Under the pieces are notes generated by a model. That model worked only from the letters and a program-made list of their open reading frames with translations. It made no database searches and was not told the DNA's origin. From Candidatus Methylomirabilota bacterium (GTDB lineage: Bacteria; Methylomirabilota; Methylomirabilia; Rokubacteriales; CSP1-6): a DNA stretch of 64,000 nucleotides. Location: positions 1-64,000 of the forward strand of contig JBKPAK010000213.1 in assembly GCA_046726415.1 (NCBI GenBank), given 5' to 3'. Position 1 is the first letter of the stretch; each line of letters begins with the position of its first letter. Position numbers and translations under genes: made by a program. Below are positions 1-10,728 of this stretch, in pieces.

Positions 1-2
1 GA

Positions 3-1073
3 GACGCCGGTCGCCGGGTGGCGCGGCGTGAAGAGGGTGCAGCAGTCGGCGTCCGGCTCAATGGAAACCTCGTAGGTGCCCAGCCGCCTCGCCTCGGCGG
101 TGATCTCGAGCTTGTCCATGCCAACCAGAGGGCGCAGGATCGGCAGGCCCCCCGCCTCGTTGATCCGGGTCAGATTCACGAGGGTCTGCGAGGCGACCTG
201 GCCGAGACTCTCGCCGCTCACCAGGGCCTGAGCGCCGTGGCGCCGGCCCAGCGCCTCCGCGATGCGGACCATCAGCCGCCGGTACACGACGATCCGCACC
301 GGTGGCGGCACCGAGAGCACCACCTCGCGCTGAATCTCGCCGAACGGGACCAACCAGAGACGCGATTCGTACTGCCACGCGGTGAGCCGCTCCACCAGCG
401 ATCGAACCTTGGCCTGTGAGGTGGCGGGAAGATACGGCACGCTGTGGAAGTGAACGAAGAGGACCCGACAGCCGCGCTTCATCATTCGCCAGGCGGCCAC
501 CGGCGAGTCGATTCCTCCGGAGAGCAGCGCGGCCACCACGCCGCTCGAGCCGACGGGAAGTCCCCCGGGGCCCGCCGTGCGGTCCGCGTACACAAAGGCC
601 TCGTCTGGTAACACTTCCACGTGAATCGTCAGCTCGGGGTCGCTGAGGTCGACGCGGGTGGCCACGCGGCCGAGCACGAAGGCGCCGAGCTCGCGGTTCA
701 GCTCCACACTCGTCTTCGGGTAAGTCTTGAACGCTCGGCGAGCGGTGATCCGGAACGAGCGGAACGTGCGCCCTTCAACCAGGGAGGCGACCGCGCTCTT
801 CATGGCCTCCATCGAGGCCTCCCCGCAGAACCCGAGGGACACGCTGGCCACTCCGCACACGCGGGCAATGCGGTCGCGCACGACCTCTGGATCACCCCTC
901 CCTTCCAGATCCACGATGAATCGCCCAGACAGCCGGCGGACCGGCGTCAACCCGAGGTCGGCCGTCGCCCGCTCGACGTTCTGCCGCAGATGGCGAAGGA
1001 AGAGCGGCCGGTTGCCTCCCTTCAGGCTGATCTCACCGTAGTGCACGATGGCGGCACGGCGGCACCGGCTCAC
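3..1073 (-). CDS. thiI: tRNA 4-thiouridine synthase ThiI (C-terminus runs off the left edge)
   Basis: Absent from the ORF track because there is no stop in the window. Manual translation from GTG 1073 gives HYGEISLKGGNR, PP-loop LLSGGIDSPVAAWRMMKRG, TGESLGQVASQTL, RPLVGMDK and DCC motifs. Confidence 0.93.
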   Translation of the reverse strand, partial: MSRCRRAAIVHYGEISLKGGNRPLFLRHLRQNVERATADLGLTPVRRLSGRFIVDLEGRGDPEVVRDRIARVCGVASVSLGFCGEASMEAMKSAVASLVEGRTFRSFRITARRAFKTYPKTSVELNRELGAFVLGRVATRVDLSDPELTIHVEVLPDEAFVYADRTAGPGGLPVGSSGVVAALLSGGIDSPVAAWRMMKRGCRVLFVHFHSVPYLPATSQAKVRSLVERLTAWQYESRLWLVPFGEIQREVVLSVPPPVRIVVYRRLMVRIAEALGRRHGAQALVSGESLGQVASQTLVNLTRINEAGGLPILRPLVGMDKLEITAEARRLGTYEVSIEPDADCCTLFTPRHPATGV

Positions 1074-1081
1074 AGATCGTC

Positions 1082-1891
1082 TCAGTACGCGCCGTCCGGG
1101 AAGGTACAGATGGCGGCGGGAGCATCCGGAGCCCTGAACATCTTGATTCCTTCCCAGGGACCCCCGAGCACGCCGTCATGGATCGCCCAGCTCCGTCCCC
1201 GCGCCGTGTGCTCCAGGCCCGGGCACCGGAACGGCGACGAGTTGTCCAGCTGTCGATGCAACTCGCTGCCCGGCTGGAATCCGTCGTGAATCATTCCCAT
1301 GCGATCGCGCCCGAGGAAATAGCTGCACCCTCGCCGCTCGTAGAGGATTGCCGAGTGGTAGAAGAGCGGCTCGAGTAGATAGAACTCCTGGCCGAGCAGC
1401 CGGCAGAAGCCGTCCATCGCCTCCAGCACGGCCCCGAGCATACGCAGTCCCGATCGCACCTGGCCGGGAGCGAGCCCGGCCGCCATCGCGCGCCGCTCCT
1501 CGCCTTTGTTGCGTCGGACCGTACCGAGCAGAGTGTCCTGTCCATCTTCGTCGCGATCGATGGCGAAACGTGGCGATCGTGGGTCGTTGATCTGGACGAG
1601 CGACAGCTCCGGCACGCCCAATGCCGACATGCCGATGTCGATGAGAAGGGCCGGATCTCGATCGTCGGGAGCCGCCCGCAGCTCGACCCGGGCCCACGAC
1701 GCCTCATCGGGAGCCGTGATGCGGACGAGCCGGCTCCCGGAGCCCGCTCGCAGGACATGGCGATCGAGCGAGAGGGCGGTCAGGAGCGCGTCGGGAACGA
1801 GCCGGAGATAGACCGCCTCCCGCACGCTGGAAGGTAGCATGTTGATCTCCGCGATACCACCGAGTCCGAGGGCGTCGAGACGACTGCTCAC
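1082..1891 (-). CDS. hypothetical protein, possibly divergent GNAT-like fold
   Basis: C-terminal part of ORF 1082..2533. The GTG at 1891 overlaps the mobA stop (GTGA). Contains LAPGQVRSGLRM and FYHSAILYERRG segments. Confidence 0.75.
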   Translation of the reverse strand: MSSRLDALGLGGIAEINMLPSSVREAVYLRLVPDALLTALSLDRHVLRAGSGSRLVRITAPDEASWARVELRAAPDDRDPALLIDIGMSALGVPELSLVQINDPRSPRFAIDRDEDGQDTLLGTVRRNKGEERRAMAAGLAPGQVRSGLRMLGAVLEAMDGFCRLLGQEFYLLEPLFYHSAILYERRGCSYFLGRDRMGMIHDGFQPGSELHRQLDNSSPFRCPGLEHTARGRSWAIHDGVLGGPWEGIKMFRAPDAPAAICTFPDGAY

Positions 1892-2496
1892 GACCAGGGC
1901 GCCGCCGAGGCCTCCACGATCGCCCGAGCTCGGGCCAGCTCTTCGGGCGTGTTGACGTTCATGAAGATGAGCGCGGGATCTCCGAATCTGGCCACATCTC
2001 CCTCCGGGATCTCCACCACATGCACGCGGTCGAAGAAACCGACAATTCTGAATGCCCCGGCGCTCAGGCGTTCCTCCATGTGGGGCAAGCAGCCCTTGGC
2101 ATAGACCGCATGCATCGTCTCGAGCTGGGTGCCCACCCGCGGAATCACCACGTCGCCCTCGCCGGCCCGAGCGCAGACCAGGCGCGCGACGTCGGCCGAC
2201 AGGAACGGCATGTCGCAGGCCACCGTGAGCACCGCCTCGCCGGTCGCCGCCCGCAAACCGCTGTAGATGCCTCCCAGCGACCCATGATCGGGCAGGGCGT
2301 CGGCCACCATCGGCACGCCGAGGAAGGCATACAGCTCCGGTGTGTTGGTGACGACCAAGATGTCGTCGACGGCCGGCACCAGGGCCGCCATCACCCGCTC
2401 GATGATGCGGCGACCGCCAAGCGTGATGAGTGCCTTGGGAGCGCCGCCCATGCGCGTGCTTTTGCCGCCGGCCTGGATGACGCCGGTCACCCGCAT
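1888..2496 (-). CDS. mobA: molybdenum cofactor guanylyltransferase MobA
   Basis: AGGKSTRMGGAPKAL, GSLGGIYSGL, ACDMPF and FMNVNTPEEL motifs. Confidence 0.9.
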   Translation of the reverse strand: MRVTGVIQAGGKSTRMGGAPKALITLGGRRIIERVMAALVPAVDDILVVTNTPELYAFLGVPMVADALPDHGSLGGIYSGLRAATGEAVLTVACDMPFLSADVARLVCARAGEGDVVIPRVGTQLETMHAVYAKGCLPHMEERLSAGAFRIVGFFDRVHVVEIPEGDVARFGDPALIFMNVNTPEELARARAIVEASAAPWS

Positions 2497-2529
2497 TGCA
2501 CGGTGCCCCCGGGGTGAAGCCGACTACCC

Positions 2530-2570
2530 TCATGGCGCGACCGCCCCTGGATCACAGCGCGACCGCTCCC
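2530..2570 (-). repeat. imperfect 22-bp-period tandem duplication of the tsaC 3' end including the stop
   Basis: tcatggcgcgaccgcccc (2530) vs tcacagcgcgaccgctcc (2552). Confidence 0.55.
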
Positions 2571-3160
2571 CGTCGCCGCACGAACGGCGGCGACACGGTG
2601 AGGTCGAGCACAGTGGACGGCAGCCCGCCGGCGGTCGCACCGCCGTCCAGGACCATGTCGATCCGGTTGTCGAAGGCGGTCAGGACCTCGCCGGCCGTCG
2701 TCGGTGGCGGCTCGCCAGAGCGATTGGCACTGGGCGCGGTCACGGGCATCCCCAGATGCTCGACGAGCATCGAGGCCACCCGGTGGGCCGAGTGTCTGAC
2801 GCCGACGGTTCCCGTCCCGGCGGTGATGATCGCGGAGACCCCGGGACGAGCGCGCAGCACGAGCGTAAGAGCCCCCGGCCAGTGCCGAGCCATCAGGTCG
2901 ACGGCGGTCGGCGGGATCTCCGCAATCATCTCGACCATGGCCACGGAACTGACGAGCACGAGAATCGGCTTGGCCTCGGACCGGTCCTTCACGCGATAGA
3001 GTGTGGCGAGGGCGTCCTCACGGCCCATGGCGACGCCGAGCCCGTAGAACGTTTCGGTGGGAAAGGCGACCAACCCTCCGGCTCGGAGCGACGCCGTGGC
3101 GACCTCGAGGATTTCGCCGGACGGCCACCTCGGATCGACGGTCAGCACACGCGTTGCCAC
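2552..3160 (-). CDS. tsaC: L-threonylcarbamoyladenylate synthase (YrdC/TsaC, no Sua5 C-domain)
   Basis: VAFPTETFYGL, KDRSEAKP, HWPGALTLV, APSANRSG, PSTVLD; AGAGG upstream of GTG 3160. Confidence 0.92.
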   Translation of the reverse strand: MATRVLTVDPRWPSGEILEVATASLRAGGLVAFPTETFYGLGVAMGREDALATLYRVKDRSEAKPILVLVSSVAMVEMIAEIPPTAVDLMARHWPGALTLVLRARPGVSAIITAGTGTVGVRHSAHRVASMLVEHLGMPVTAPSANRSGEPPPTTAGEVLTAFDNRIDMVLDGGATAGGLPSTVLDLTVSPPFVRRRGAVAL

Positions 3161-3170
3161 CAAACCTCTA

Positions 3171-4442
3171 TCATCTTCTCGAACGACGGCGGCCAATGTC
3201 CGTGCGGTAGTGCATGCCCTCGAAGTGAATGTCTCCTAGCGCGGCGTACGCGCTTTCCACAGCCCCGTCGAGGGCCGGAGCCACCGCGGTCACGCCCAGG
3301 ACACGCCCGCCCCAGGTCACCAGTCGCCCGTCTCGCTCCGCTGTTCCCGCGTGGAAGACGCGAACCCCGGACCGGCGCTCCGCCGTCTCCAGTCCGGTAA
3401 TCGGCATCCCCCGTTCGTATTCACCGGGATAGCCGGCTGAGGTGGCCGTGACGCACACGGCCGCGCTCGCCGTCCACCCCACGTCGGCGGGAATCGCCTC
3501 CCCCCGCGCCACCGTCAGCAGAAGCGGGAGCATATCTCCCTGAAACCGAGCAAGGATCGACTGGCACTCCGGATCGCCGAAGCGACAATTGAACTCGATG
3601 ACTTTCGGGCCCTCGTCGGTGAGCATCAGGCCCACGTAGAGCACCCCCCGATAGGGCGCGCCCTCGTCAAGCAAGGCCGCGAGAGTGGGGCGAACGATGG
3701 TGGTCATGATCTGCGCCTCGACCGCGGAGTCGATGGCCGGGAAAGGAGAATAGCTGCCCATGCCGCCGGTGTTGGGCCCACGATCACCGTCGAAAACCGT
3801 CTTGTGATCCTGGGCCGTGGCCAGGGCCAGCGCCTCCCCACCGTTCGTCACGACGTGAAACGAGACCTCTTCTCCCCGGAGGAACTCCTCCACCACCACG
3901 CGGGCGCCGGCCTCGCCAAAGCGACGGCGTTCCATGCAGTCAGCGACCGCGCGGTCGGCCTCATCGAGCGTGGCGCAGACGATGGCCCCCTTGCCGGCGG
4001 CCAAGCCATCCGCCTTCACGACGACAGGCGCGCCCAGCACGCGGCAGAAGCGGCGTGCCGATTCCGGATCGTCAAACGCGGCGAAGCGTGCCGTGGGAAT
4101 GTCGCACGCCGCCATCAGCGCCTTCGCATACGCCTTGGAGCCCTCGATGCGAGCCGCCGCGGCACACGGTCCGAACACCAAGGACCCCCGCTCGGCAAAG
4201 TGATCGACCAGTCCTGTCACCAGCGGCCCCTCGGGGCCGACCACGGTCAGGTCCATTCGCTCGTGCTCGGCGAAGCGCGCCAGGTCCTCCAGGGCTTCGG
4301 CGCCCAGATCGACGCACTTGGCGTGACGCGCGATGCCGGGATTGCCGGGCGCGGCGTAGAGCGCTTCCACGCGGGGGCTCTGGGCGATCTTCCAGGCCAG
4401 CGCGTGCTCGCGTCCCCCGCCGCCGATGAGCAGGACCTTCAT
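3171..4442 (-). CDS. purD: phosphoribosylamine-glycine ligase
   Basis: GGGGREHALAW, KADGLAAGKG, QDHK, GPNTGGMG, EFNCRFGDPE. Confidence 0.97.
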   Translation of the reverse strand: MKVLLIGGGGREHALAWKIAQSPRVEALYAAPGNPGIARHAKCVDLGAEALEDLARFAEHERMDLTVVGPEGPLVTGLVDHFAERGSLVFGPCAAAARIEGSKAYAKALMAACDIPTARFAAFDDPESARRFCRVLGAPVVVKADGLAAGKGAIVCATLDEADRAVADCMERRRFGEAGARVVVEEFLRGEEVSFHVVTNGGEALALATAQDHKTVFDGDRGPNTGGMGSYSPFPAIDSAVEAQIMTTIVRPTLAALLDEGAPYRGVLYVGLMLTDEGPKVIEFNCRFGDPECQSILARFQGDMLPLLLTVARGEAIPADVGWTASAAVCVTATSAGYPGEYERGMPITGLETAERRSGVRVFHAGTAERDGRLVTWGGRVLGVTAVAPALDGAVESAYAALGDIHFEGMHYRTDIGRRRSRR

Positions 4443-5323
4443 AATTCCGGCGACTCGACGATTTCCAGATGGGCCCGGGCGATGCGCGCCCAGGGGCTCG
4501 CCGCGTCGAGCTCGAGGTAGCGCTGCCAGTGCTTCACGGCGTCCCCTGGGCGGCCCGCCCGCGCCAGGGCGGCGGCCAGGTTGAAGTGAGCGTCGGCATA
4601 GTCGGGCGACAAGTCGAGCGCACGCCGGTAGTGGCCGACCGCATCCTCGATGCGTCCCTCATCCTCATCCAGCGAGCCGAGGTTGTAGGCCGACTCGCAG
4701 CAGCGCGGGTCCTGCTTCAGCGCCGCCTCATACGCCGCTCGGGCCTCGCGGTACTGGCCCACGCGGTGCAGGAGCAATCCCAGATTGTTCCAGGCGGCGG
4801 CATACGTCGGATCGATGGCCACCACCCGGCGATACGCCTCGATCGCCTCGTCCCACCGCGCCGGATCGTCGTCGCACTCCGCGGCCCGCTCGAACCACGT
4901 CTCCGCCTGCTCCACTGGTGGGGCGAGCGGCCGCACCAGTCCGGTTCGCAGGGCGGCGTCGGTGTCGCTCTTCAGTCCCGCCACGTCGAGATCCAACACC
5001 GTTTGTCCCGAGCGCGGATCGAAGCGGACGCGATCCGACTGCGCCAGGAGCCGCTGGCCTTCGACGATGAACCGAACCTCCGTCAGTGGATGCTCGAGTC
5101 CAGGGTCCTGGCGCCGCAGGGCGGTGAGGGCTTCGCGGATCTGCCGCACCGACGCGCCGGCGTCGAGGAGCGCCGCGGCGACCCGGAGCGCCGCGAGGTC
5201 GCGGAACGAGTAGCTCGCCTCCCGAAGCAACTCGAGACGTTTGAGCTGGGCCACCCGTTTGGGGGTCAGGGCCAGCACGCGCGTCAGCTCGCGCAACCCG
5301 TAGACCCGCTCCGCCGAAGCCAT
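4439..5323 (-). CDS. MerR-like HTH + tetratricopeptide repeat protein
   Basis: N-terminal [22 protein letters not shown] (MerR-like), followed by TPR motifs (AWNNLG, AYNLG, AHFNLA). Confidence 0.85.
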   Translation of the reverse strand: MASAERVYGLRELTRVLALTPKRVAQLKRLELLREASYSFRDLAALRVAAALLDAGASVRQIREALTALRRQDPGLEHPLTEVRFIVEGQRLLAQSDRVRFDPRSGQTVLDLDVAGLKSDTDAALRTGLVRPLAPPVEQAETWFERAAECDDDPARWDEAIEAYRRVVAIDPTYAAAWNNLGLLLHRVGQYREARAAYEAALKQDPRCCESAYNLGSLDEDEGRIEDAVGHYRRALDLSPDYADAHFNLAAALARAGRPGDAVKHWQRYLELDAASPWARIARAHLEIVESPEL

Positions 5324-5332
5324 GGCTCACCG

Positions 5333-6892
5333 TCAGTGGCGAAAATGCCGGACACCGGTCACCACCATGGCCATCGCGTACTCATCGGCCGCGGCGATGA
5401 CTTCCTCGTCGCGCACCGAGCCCCCAGGATGGATGACGGCCGAGGCTCCCGCCCGGGCCACCACGTCCAGCCCGTCGCGGAAGGGAAAGAACGCGTCGGA
5501 GGCGCACACCGAACCCTCGGTGGCGAAGCCCGCTTCGCGAGCGCGCATCACGGCCAGGCGCGCGGAGTCCACTCGATTCATCTGGCCAGCCCCTATGCCG
5601 ATCACCTGGTCGCGCCCGGCGAGGACGATGGCGTTGGACTTCGCGTGCTTGGCCACCCGCCACGCGAAGCGCAGGGCTTGCATCTCATGAGCGGTCGGCT
5701 CCCTTCTCGATACCGTCTTGAGCGGCTCGGCGCCGAGGGTGAGCCGGTCGGCGGCCTGCGCCAGCAGTCCCCCGAGAATACTGCGGTACTCCACGCATGC
5801 CCCCGGCCAGCCTGTGGCATCACACGACACGCGGAACACGCGGGCCTTCGTTTTCGTGCGTCGCAGCTCGGCCAGCGCGTCGTCGGTATAGTCGGGCGCA
5901 AAGAGCATCTCCACGAAGACGCCTCTCAGCGCCCCGACTACGGTCATGTCCAGGGGGCGATTCACCCCGACGATGCCTCCGTAGATCGAGACCGGATCTG
6001 ACGCCTTGGCCTTGACCATGGCCTCCCCGACGGACGCGCCGGCGGCGGCCCCGCAGGGATTAGTGTGCTTGATGACGACCGCCGCCGGCTCGTCGAACTC
6101 CGCCAGCAGTGCCAGCGCCGCCGAGAAATCCAGCAGATTGTTGTACGACAGCTCTGGCCCATGGAGCTGCTCGATCGCCCCCAGCCCCCATCGCCCCGCG
6201 CCCTCGGTCCGATAGAACGCGGCGGCCTGGTGCGGGTTCTCCCCGTAGCGCAGCGGTGACACCAGCGACGCCTCGAGGCGGAGCGTCCGCGGAAAGGCCG
6301 CGCCGGCGCCGCCGCTCAGATGGGCGGCGATCGCCGCATCGTACTCCGACGTCCTCCGGAACGCCTCTGCGGCCAGTCGGGCCCGCGTCGCCTCGCTCAG
6401 CCCACCGCTGGTGTCCCGCAGTTCGCGCAGCACGGGCTCGTACTGCGACGGATGCGTCACCACGGCCACGGCTGCGTGATTCTTGGCGGCGGCCCGGATC
6501 ATGGCGGGCCCTCCGATGTCGATCTGCTCGATGGCGTCCTCGCGAGTGACATCGGAGCGGGCGACCGTGGCCTCGAACGGATACAGGTTCACCACGACCA
6601 GGTCGATCGGATCGATGCCATGCTGCTGGAGGGCGGCGAGATGCTCGGCGCGATCCCTCCGAGCCAGGAGAGCCCCGTGGATTCTCGGATGCAGCGTCTT
6701 GACCCGGCCGTCGAGCATCTCCGGGAAGCCCGTCACGTCAGCGACGTCGCGGACGGCCACGCCCGCTTCGCGCAGCAGCCGCGCGGTGCCCCCGGTGGAT
6801 ACGATCGCGATGCCGAATGCGGTGAGCGTCCGGGCCAGATCGACAATACCCGTCTTGTCGTGGACGCTGATAAGGGCCTGCCTGATCTTCAT
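5333..6892 (-). CDS. purH: bifunctional AICAR transformylase/IMP cyclohydrolase
   Basis: [46 protein letters not shown]-terminus. Confidence 0.97.
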   Translation of the reverse strand: MKIRQALISVHDKTGIVDLARTLTAFGIAIVSTGGTARLLREAGVAVRDVADVTGFPEMLDGRVKTLHPRIHGALLARRDRAEHLAALQQHGIDPIDLVVVNLYPFEATVARSDVTREDAIEQIDIGGPAMIRAAAKNHAAVAVVTHPSQYEPVLRELRDTSGGLSEATRARLAAEAFRRTSEYDAAIAAHLSGGAGAAFPRTLRLEASLVSPLRYGENPHQAAAFYRTEGAGRWGLGAIEQLHGPELSYNNLLDFSAALALLAEFDEPAAVVIKHTNPCGAAAGASVGEAMVKAKASDPVSIYGGIVGVNRPLDMTVVGALRGVFVEMLFAPDYTDDALAELRRTKTKARVFRVSCDATGWPGACVEYRSILGGLLAQAADRLTLGAEPLKTVSRREPTAHEMQALRFAWRVAKHAKSNAIVLAGRDQVIGIGAGQMNRVDSARLAVMRAREAGFATEGSVCASDAFFPFRDGLDVVARAGASAVIHPGGSVRDEEVIAAADEYAMAMVVTGVRHFRH

Positions 6893-7074
6893 GCGGTGGT
6901 CCCCTCGAATCCTCGGCGACCGACGGTCCCGAGCCGACGGCTGGCCGCGGGGCGGCGGGATTCGGGGTCTAGACGCTGCTCCTCGACGAGCAGAGTGGCG
7001 GCCGGGTCGAGACGCCCTTCGAGATCCGAGCCTCGCTCCGATGCGAGGACAGCGACCCGCAGCCGCGCCGTCAC
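6889..7074 (-). pseudogene. purN: internally deleted purN remnant
   Basis: 61-aa frame joins a PurN-like N-terminus (LRVAVLASERGSDL ~ IAVLASGRGSNL) to a PurN-like C-terminus (LLVEEQRLDPE..RRL..VGRR ~ ILxEEHRLYPE..GRL...GRR). It sits at the purN position and overlaps the purH start. Confidence 0.7.
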
Positions 7075-7107
7075 GTCAGCTCGACCCACCGAGGAGCGAA
7101 GCCATGC

Positions 7108-8526
7108 CTACGGTTCGAAGAGGCGCAGCTGCGGGGTCCGTTCGGGCTCGATGCCGACGCGGTAATCGCCCGTGAAGCAGGCATGGCAAAAGTGCTCGGG
7201 GTCGGCGCCGGTAGCTTTCAGCATGCCTTCGAGGGACAGATGCCCGAGACTGTCGGCGCCGAGGTAGCGCCGGATTTCCTCGATGTCGTGGCTCGCCGCG
7301 ATCAGCTCCTTTCGCGTGGGCGTGTCGATACCGTAGTAACACGGCCACTGGATGGGAGGCGAGGAGATGCGCATGTGCACCTCGCTGGCTCCGGCACCAC
7401 GGATCATCTTGACGATCTTCCGGCTCGTGGTCCCGCGCACGATCGAATCGTCCACGACCACCACCCGCCGCCCCTGCAGCATCTCCCGCATCGGGTTGAG
7501 CTTGACCTTCACGCCAAAGTGCCGGATGCCCTGCTTGGGCTCGATGAAGGTGCGCCCGACGTAGTGGTTGCGGATGAGTCCCATCTCGTAGGGCGTCCCC
7601 GATTCCTCGGAGTAGCCCAGGGCGGCGCTGACCCCGGAGTCAGGAACCGGAATGACGATGTCGGCGTGTACCGGGTGCTCCCGGGCCAGCTGATGCCCGA
7701 ACGCCTTACGCACCGTGTGGACGTTGCGTCCCCACAGCGCCGAGTCCGGCCGGGCGAAATAGACGTATTCAAAGACACACTGCAGGCGTGGGCGCGCGGG
7801 AAAGGCTTGCACCGACGTGACTCCGGTGTTCCGGATGACGAGCAGCTCGCCGGGCTCCACGTCGCGCTCGTGTCGAGCCTCCAGCAGATCCAAGGCGCAA
7901 GTCTCTGAGGCCACGACCCACGCCTCGTCGAGCCGTCCCAACGAGAGCGGACGGAAGCCGTGAGCATCGCGGATGGCGTACAGGGCTTCCGGCGTGAGGA
8001 GCAGAAGGGCATATGCGCCCTCGACCTGATTGAGCACGTACGGGAGCTGCTCCTCCAGCGGGGCCGCCGGAGCCCGGGCCAGAAGGTGGAGAATCACCTC
8101 TGTGTCCGAGTTGGACTGGAAGATGGCGCCGTCGCGCTCCATGGCGGTTCTGAGCGCTTCCGCGTTGGTGAGGTTGCCGTTGTGGGCGATGGCGATCGGG
8201 CCCCGCGCGGTCGTGCCGGCGATAGGCTGGGCGTTCCTGAGATTGGAACTACCAGCCGTCGAGTAGCGAACGTGGCCGATGGCGCGGTGCCCGGGAAGCC
8301 GCCTCAGCCGTTCCGGTCCGAACACGTCGGCCACCCAGCCCATGGCTTTTTCGGTGTGAAAGCTGGTCCCGTCGGTGGCCGCGATGCCCGCCGACTCCTG
8401 ACCTCGGTGCTGGAGCGCATAGAGGCCGAGGTAGGTCAGATTGGCCGCCTCGGGATGGTTCCAGATGCCGAACAGCCCGCACTCGTCGTGGAATCTGTCG
8501 TCATCCCACGTGGCGTTCAAAACCAT
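7108..8526 (-). CDS. purF: amidophosphoribosyltransferase (propeptide/Fe-S type)
   Basis: [33 protein letters not shown], Cys motifs CVFE/CYYG/CHAC. Confidence 0.96.
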   Translation of the reverse strand: MVLNATWDDDRFHDECGLFGIWNHPEAANLTYLGLYALQHRGQESAGIAATDGTSFHTEKAMGWVADVFGPERLRRLPGHRAIGHVRYSTAGSSNLRNAQPIAGTTARGPIAIAHNGNLTNAEALRTAMERDGAIFQSNSDTEVILHLLARAPAAPLEEQLPYVLNQVEGAYALLLLTPEALYAIRDAHGFRPLSLGRLDEAWVVASETCALDLLEARHERDVEPGELLVIRNTGVTSVQAFPARPRLQCVFEYVYFARPDSALWGRNVHTVRKAFGHQLAREHPVHADIVIPVPDSGVSAALGYSEESGTPYEMGLIRNHYVGRTFIEPKQGIRHFGVKVKLNPMREMLQGRRVVVVDDSIVRGTTSRKIVKMIRGAGASEVHMRISSPPIQWPCYYGIDTPTRKELIAASHDIEEIRRYLGADSLGHLSLEGMLKATGADPEHFCHACFTGDYRVGIEPERTPQLRLFEP

Positions 8527-10726
8527 TCCTCCACGCAGCCTCGAGCCCAGCCAGGTCCGCGTCCACGACCGTCCGCTCCCCAAGCCTGACCACCATGCGC
8601 GCACCGCCCGTCTCCCCGATCCATCGCCACGGAATGGTCCACTCGGCCATGAGCGCCTCGAAGCGAGGAGTCTGAGCGGCCTCGACTTCGACGAGAACCC
8701 GCGATGGCCCCTCACCGAAGAGCACGACGTCGGGCCGCTCGTGCGCGTCGAGGCTCACCGAGCATCCGACGTGAGCGGGGCCCGAGATACAGCTCTCGGC
8801 GAGGGCAACGGCCAGACCGCCTTCGGAACAATCATGACAGGCGGTCGCCAGGCCAGCCTCCACGGCCCCCCGGGCTGCCGCTTGCACACGCGCCTCCAGC
8901 GCGAGATCGAGGGGGGCCAACTCGCCGCCGAGCACGCCGTGTCGCATCCAGAGATATTCGCTTCCCCCCAGACTGACGGCGGCCGGTCCCAGAAGGGCTA
9001 TGCGCCGACCGTCGCTCTTGAACCACTGGGTGGCATGCCGCGCCACTTCGTCCAGAACGCCCACCACTCCGATGATCGGCGTGGGGAGGATCGCCTGGCC
9101 ACTGGTCTCATTGTAGAAGGAAACGTTGCCGCCCACTACCGGTAGCTCCAGGACGCGACACGCCTCAGCCACTCCCTCGATGGCTTCGGCGAACTGCCAT
9201 AGAATCTCGGGCCGCTCGGGCGAGCCGAAATTCATGCAGTCTGTGATGCCCAGCGGGCGACCCCCGGCGCAGGAGACGTTCCGCGCAGCCTCAGCGACCG
9301 CCATGGCCGCGCCCCGGCGCGGGTCGAGGGCCACGTAGCGGCCATTGCCGTCAGTGGCGACGACCAGCCCGCGGCGCGTGCCCTTGACCCGCAATACCGC
9401 GGCGTCGGATCCCGGCAGCACCAGCGTGTTGATTCCGACCTGCTGGTCGTATTGGCGAACTGCCCAAGCCTTGGAGGCGATAGTCGGCGAGGCGAGCAAA
9501 TCCTCGAGGGCGGTGGTGCCGTCGCCGGGGGCGGTGAAACCGAGGGGGTCTACGGCACGCTGGGCGGCCAACCACGGGGGGACCGCGGTTGGCCTCTCGT
9601 ACACGGGGGCCTCGCTCAGGGCTCGCACCGGCACCCGAGCGACTACAGTGCCGTCCAGGCGCACGGTGAGGTCAGGCCCGGCGGTCACGTGCCCCACCTG
9701 GACTGCGTCCAGCTCCCACTTGGCGAAGATCCGCCTCACGTCCGCCTCGCGCCCCCGCGCCGCGACGAGAAGCATCCGTTCCTGGGATTCCGAGAGAAGG
9801 ATCTCGTAGGCCGTCATACCCGTCTCGCGGCGGGGCACGCGATCCAGCTCGACGTCCATGCCGGTCCCGCTCCGCGCCGGCATCTCTGACGTGCAGCAGG
9901 CCAGCCCAGCCGCACCCATGTCCTGGATGCCAACGACGGCGCCGCTGGCCATCGCTTCCAGGCATGCTTCGAGCAGAAGCTTCTCGGTGAAGGGATCGCC
10001 CACCTGAACCGTCGGCCGGCGCTCTTCGGCGCGATCGTCGAAGGTCGCCGAGGCCATCGTGGCGCCATGAATCCCATCCCGCCCGGTCTTGTTGCCCACA
10101 TAGAACACCGGATTGCCGACCCCCTCCGCGCGCGCCCGAAACAGGCGATCCGCGCGCACGAGGCCAACGCACATGACGTTCACCAGCGGATTTCCCGCAT
10201 ATTCCGGGGCGAAAGCGATCTCCCCACCGACCGTCGGACATCCGAAGCAGTTGCCGTACCAGCCGATGCCCGCGACCACGCCCTGGACGAGACGACGCGT
10301 TCGGGGATCGCGGGGATCACCGAAGCGGAGCGAGTCCAAGAGCGCAATGGGCCGCGCGCCCATGGTGAAGATGTCCCGAAGAATCCCGCCCACGCCGGTG
10401 GCCGCACCCTGGAAAGGCTCGATGAACGACGGATGATTGTGGCTTTCGATCTTGAACACCACCGCCCAGCCGTCGCCGACGTCGATGGCACCGGCGTTCT
10501 CGCCGGGCCCCTGGAGCACGGCGGGACCGCGTTGCGGGAGCCGACCCAGAAAGGCCCTCGAATGCTTGTAGGCGCAGTGCTCGGACCACAGCGCGGAGAA
10601 GAGACCCAGCTCAGCGTACGTGGGCGTCCGATTCAGGCGGGTGACGATCTGCTCGTACTCGTCGGCCGTCAGCCCGAGCTTTCGCGCGAGCTCGATGGAG
10701 ACGGTCGCCGAAGTCCCCGCGGCGAT
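8501..10726 (-). CDS. purL: phosphoribosylformylglycinamidine synthase subunit PurL (no canonical start; ATC at 10726 proposed)
   Basis: [28 protein letters not shown]. The conserved N-terminus [18 protein letters not shown] is in frame upstream of the ORF-track start at 10519. Confidence 0.93.
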   Translation of the reverse strand: MAAGTSATVSIELARKLGLTADEYEQIVTRLNRTPTYAELGLFSALWSEHCAYKHSRAFLGRLPQRGPAVLQGPGENAGAIDVGDGWAVVFKIESHNHPSFIEPFQGAATGVGGILRDIFTMGARPIALLDSLRFGDPRDPRTRRLVQGVVAGIGWYGNCFGCPTVGGEIAFAPEYAGNPLVNVMCVGLVRADRLFRARAEGVGNPVFYVGNKTGRDGIHGATMASATFDDRAEERRPTVQVGDPFTEKLLLEACLEAMASGAVVGIQDMGAAGLACCTSEMPARSGTGMDVELDRVPRRETGMTAYEILLSESQERMLLVAARGREADVRRIFAKWELDAVQVGHVTAGPDLTVRLDGTVVARVPVRALSEAPVYERPTAVPPWLAAQRAVDPLGFTAPGDGTTALEDLLASPTIASKAWAVRQYDQQVGINTLVLPGSDAAVLRVKGTRRGLVVATDGNGRYVALDPRRGAAMAVAEAARNVSCAGGRPLGITDCMNFGSPERPEILWQFAEAIEGVAEACRVLELPVVGGNVSFYNETSGQAILPTPIIGVVGVLDEVARHATQWFKSDGRRIALLGPAAVSLGGSEYLWMRHGVLGGELAPLDLALEARVQAAARGAVEAGLATACHDCSEGGLAVALAESCISGPAHVGCSVSLDAHERPDVVLFGEGPSRVLVEVEAAQTPRFEALMAEWTIPWRWIGETGGARMVVRLGERTVVDADLAGLEAAWRNGFERHVG

Positions 10727-10728
10727 GG

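Noticed and set aside
1892-2533. 483-aa ORF 1082..2533 as a MobA fusion or long protein
   Set aside because: The upstream part is an alternative frame overlapping mobA; the real start is most likely GTG 1891.
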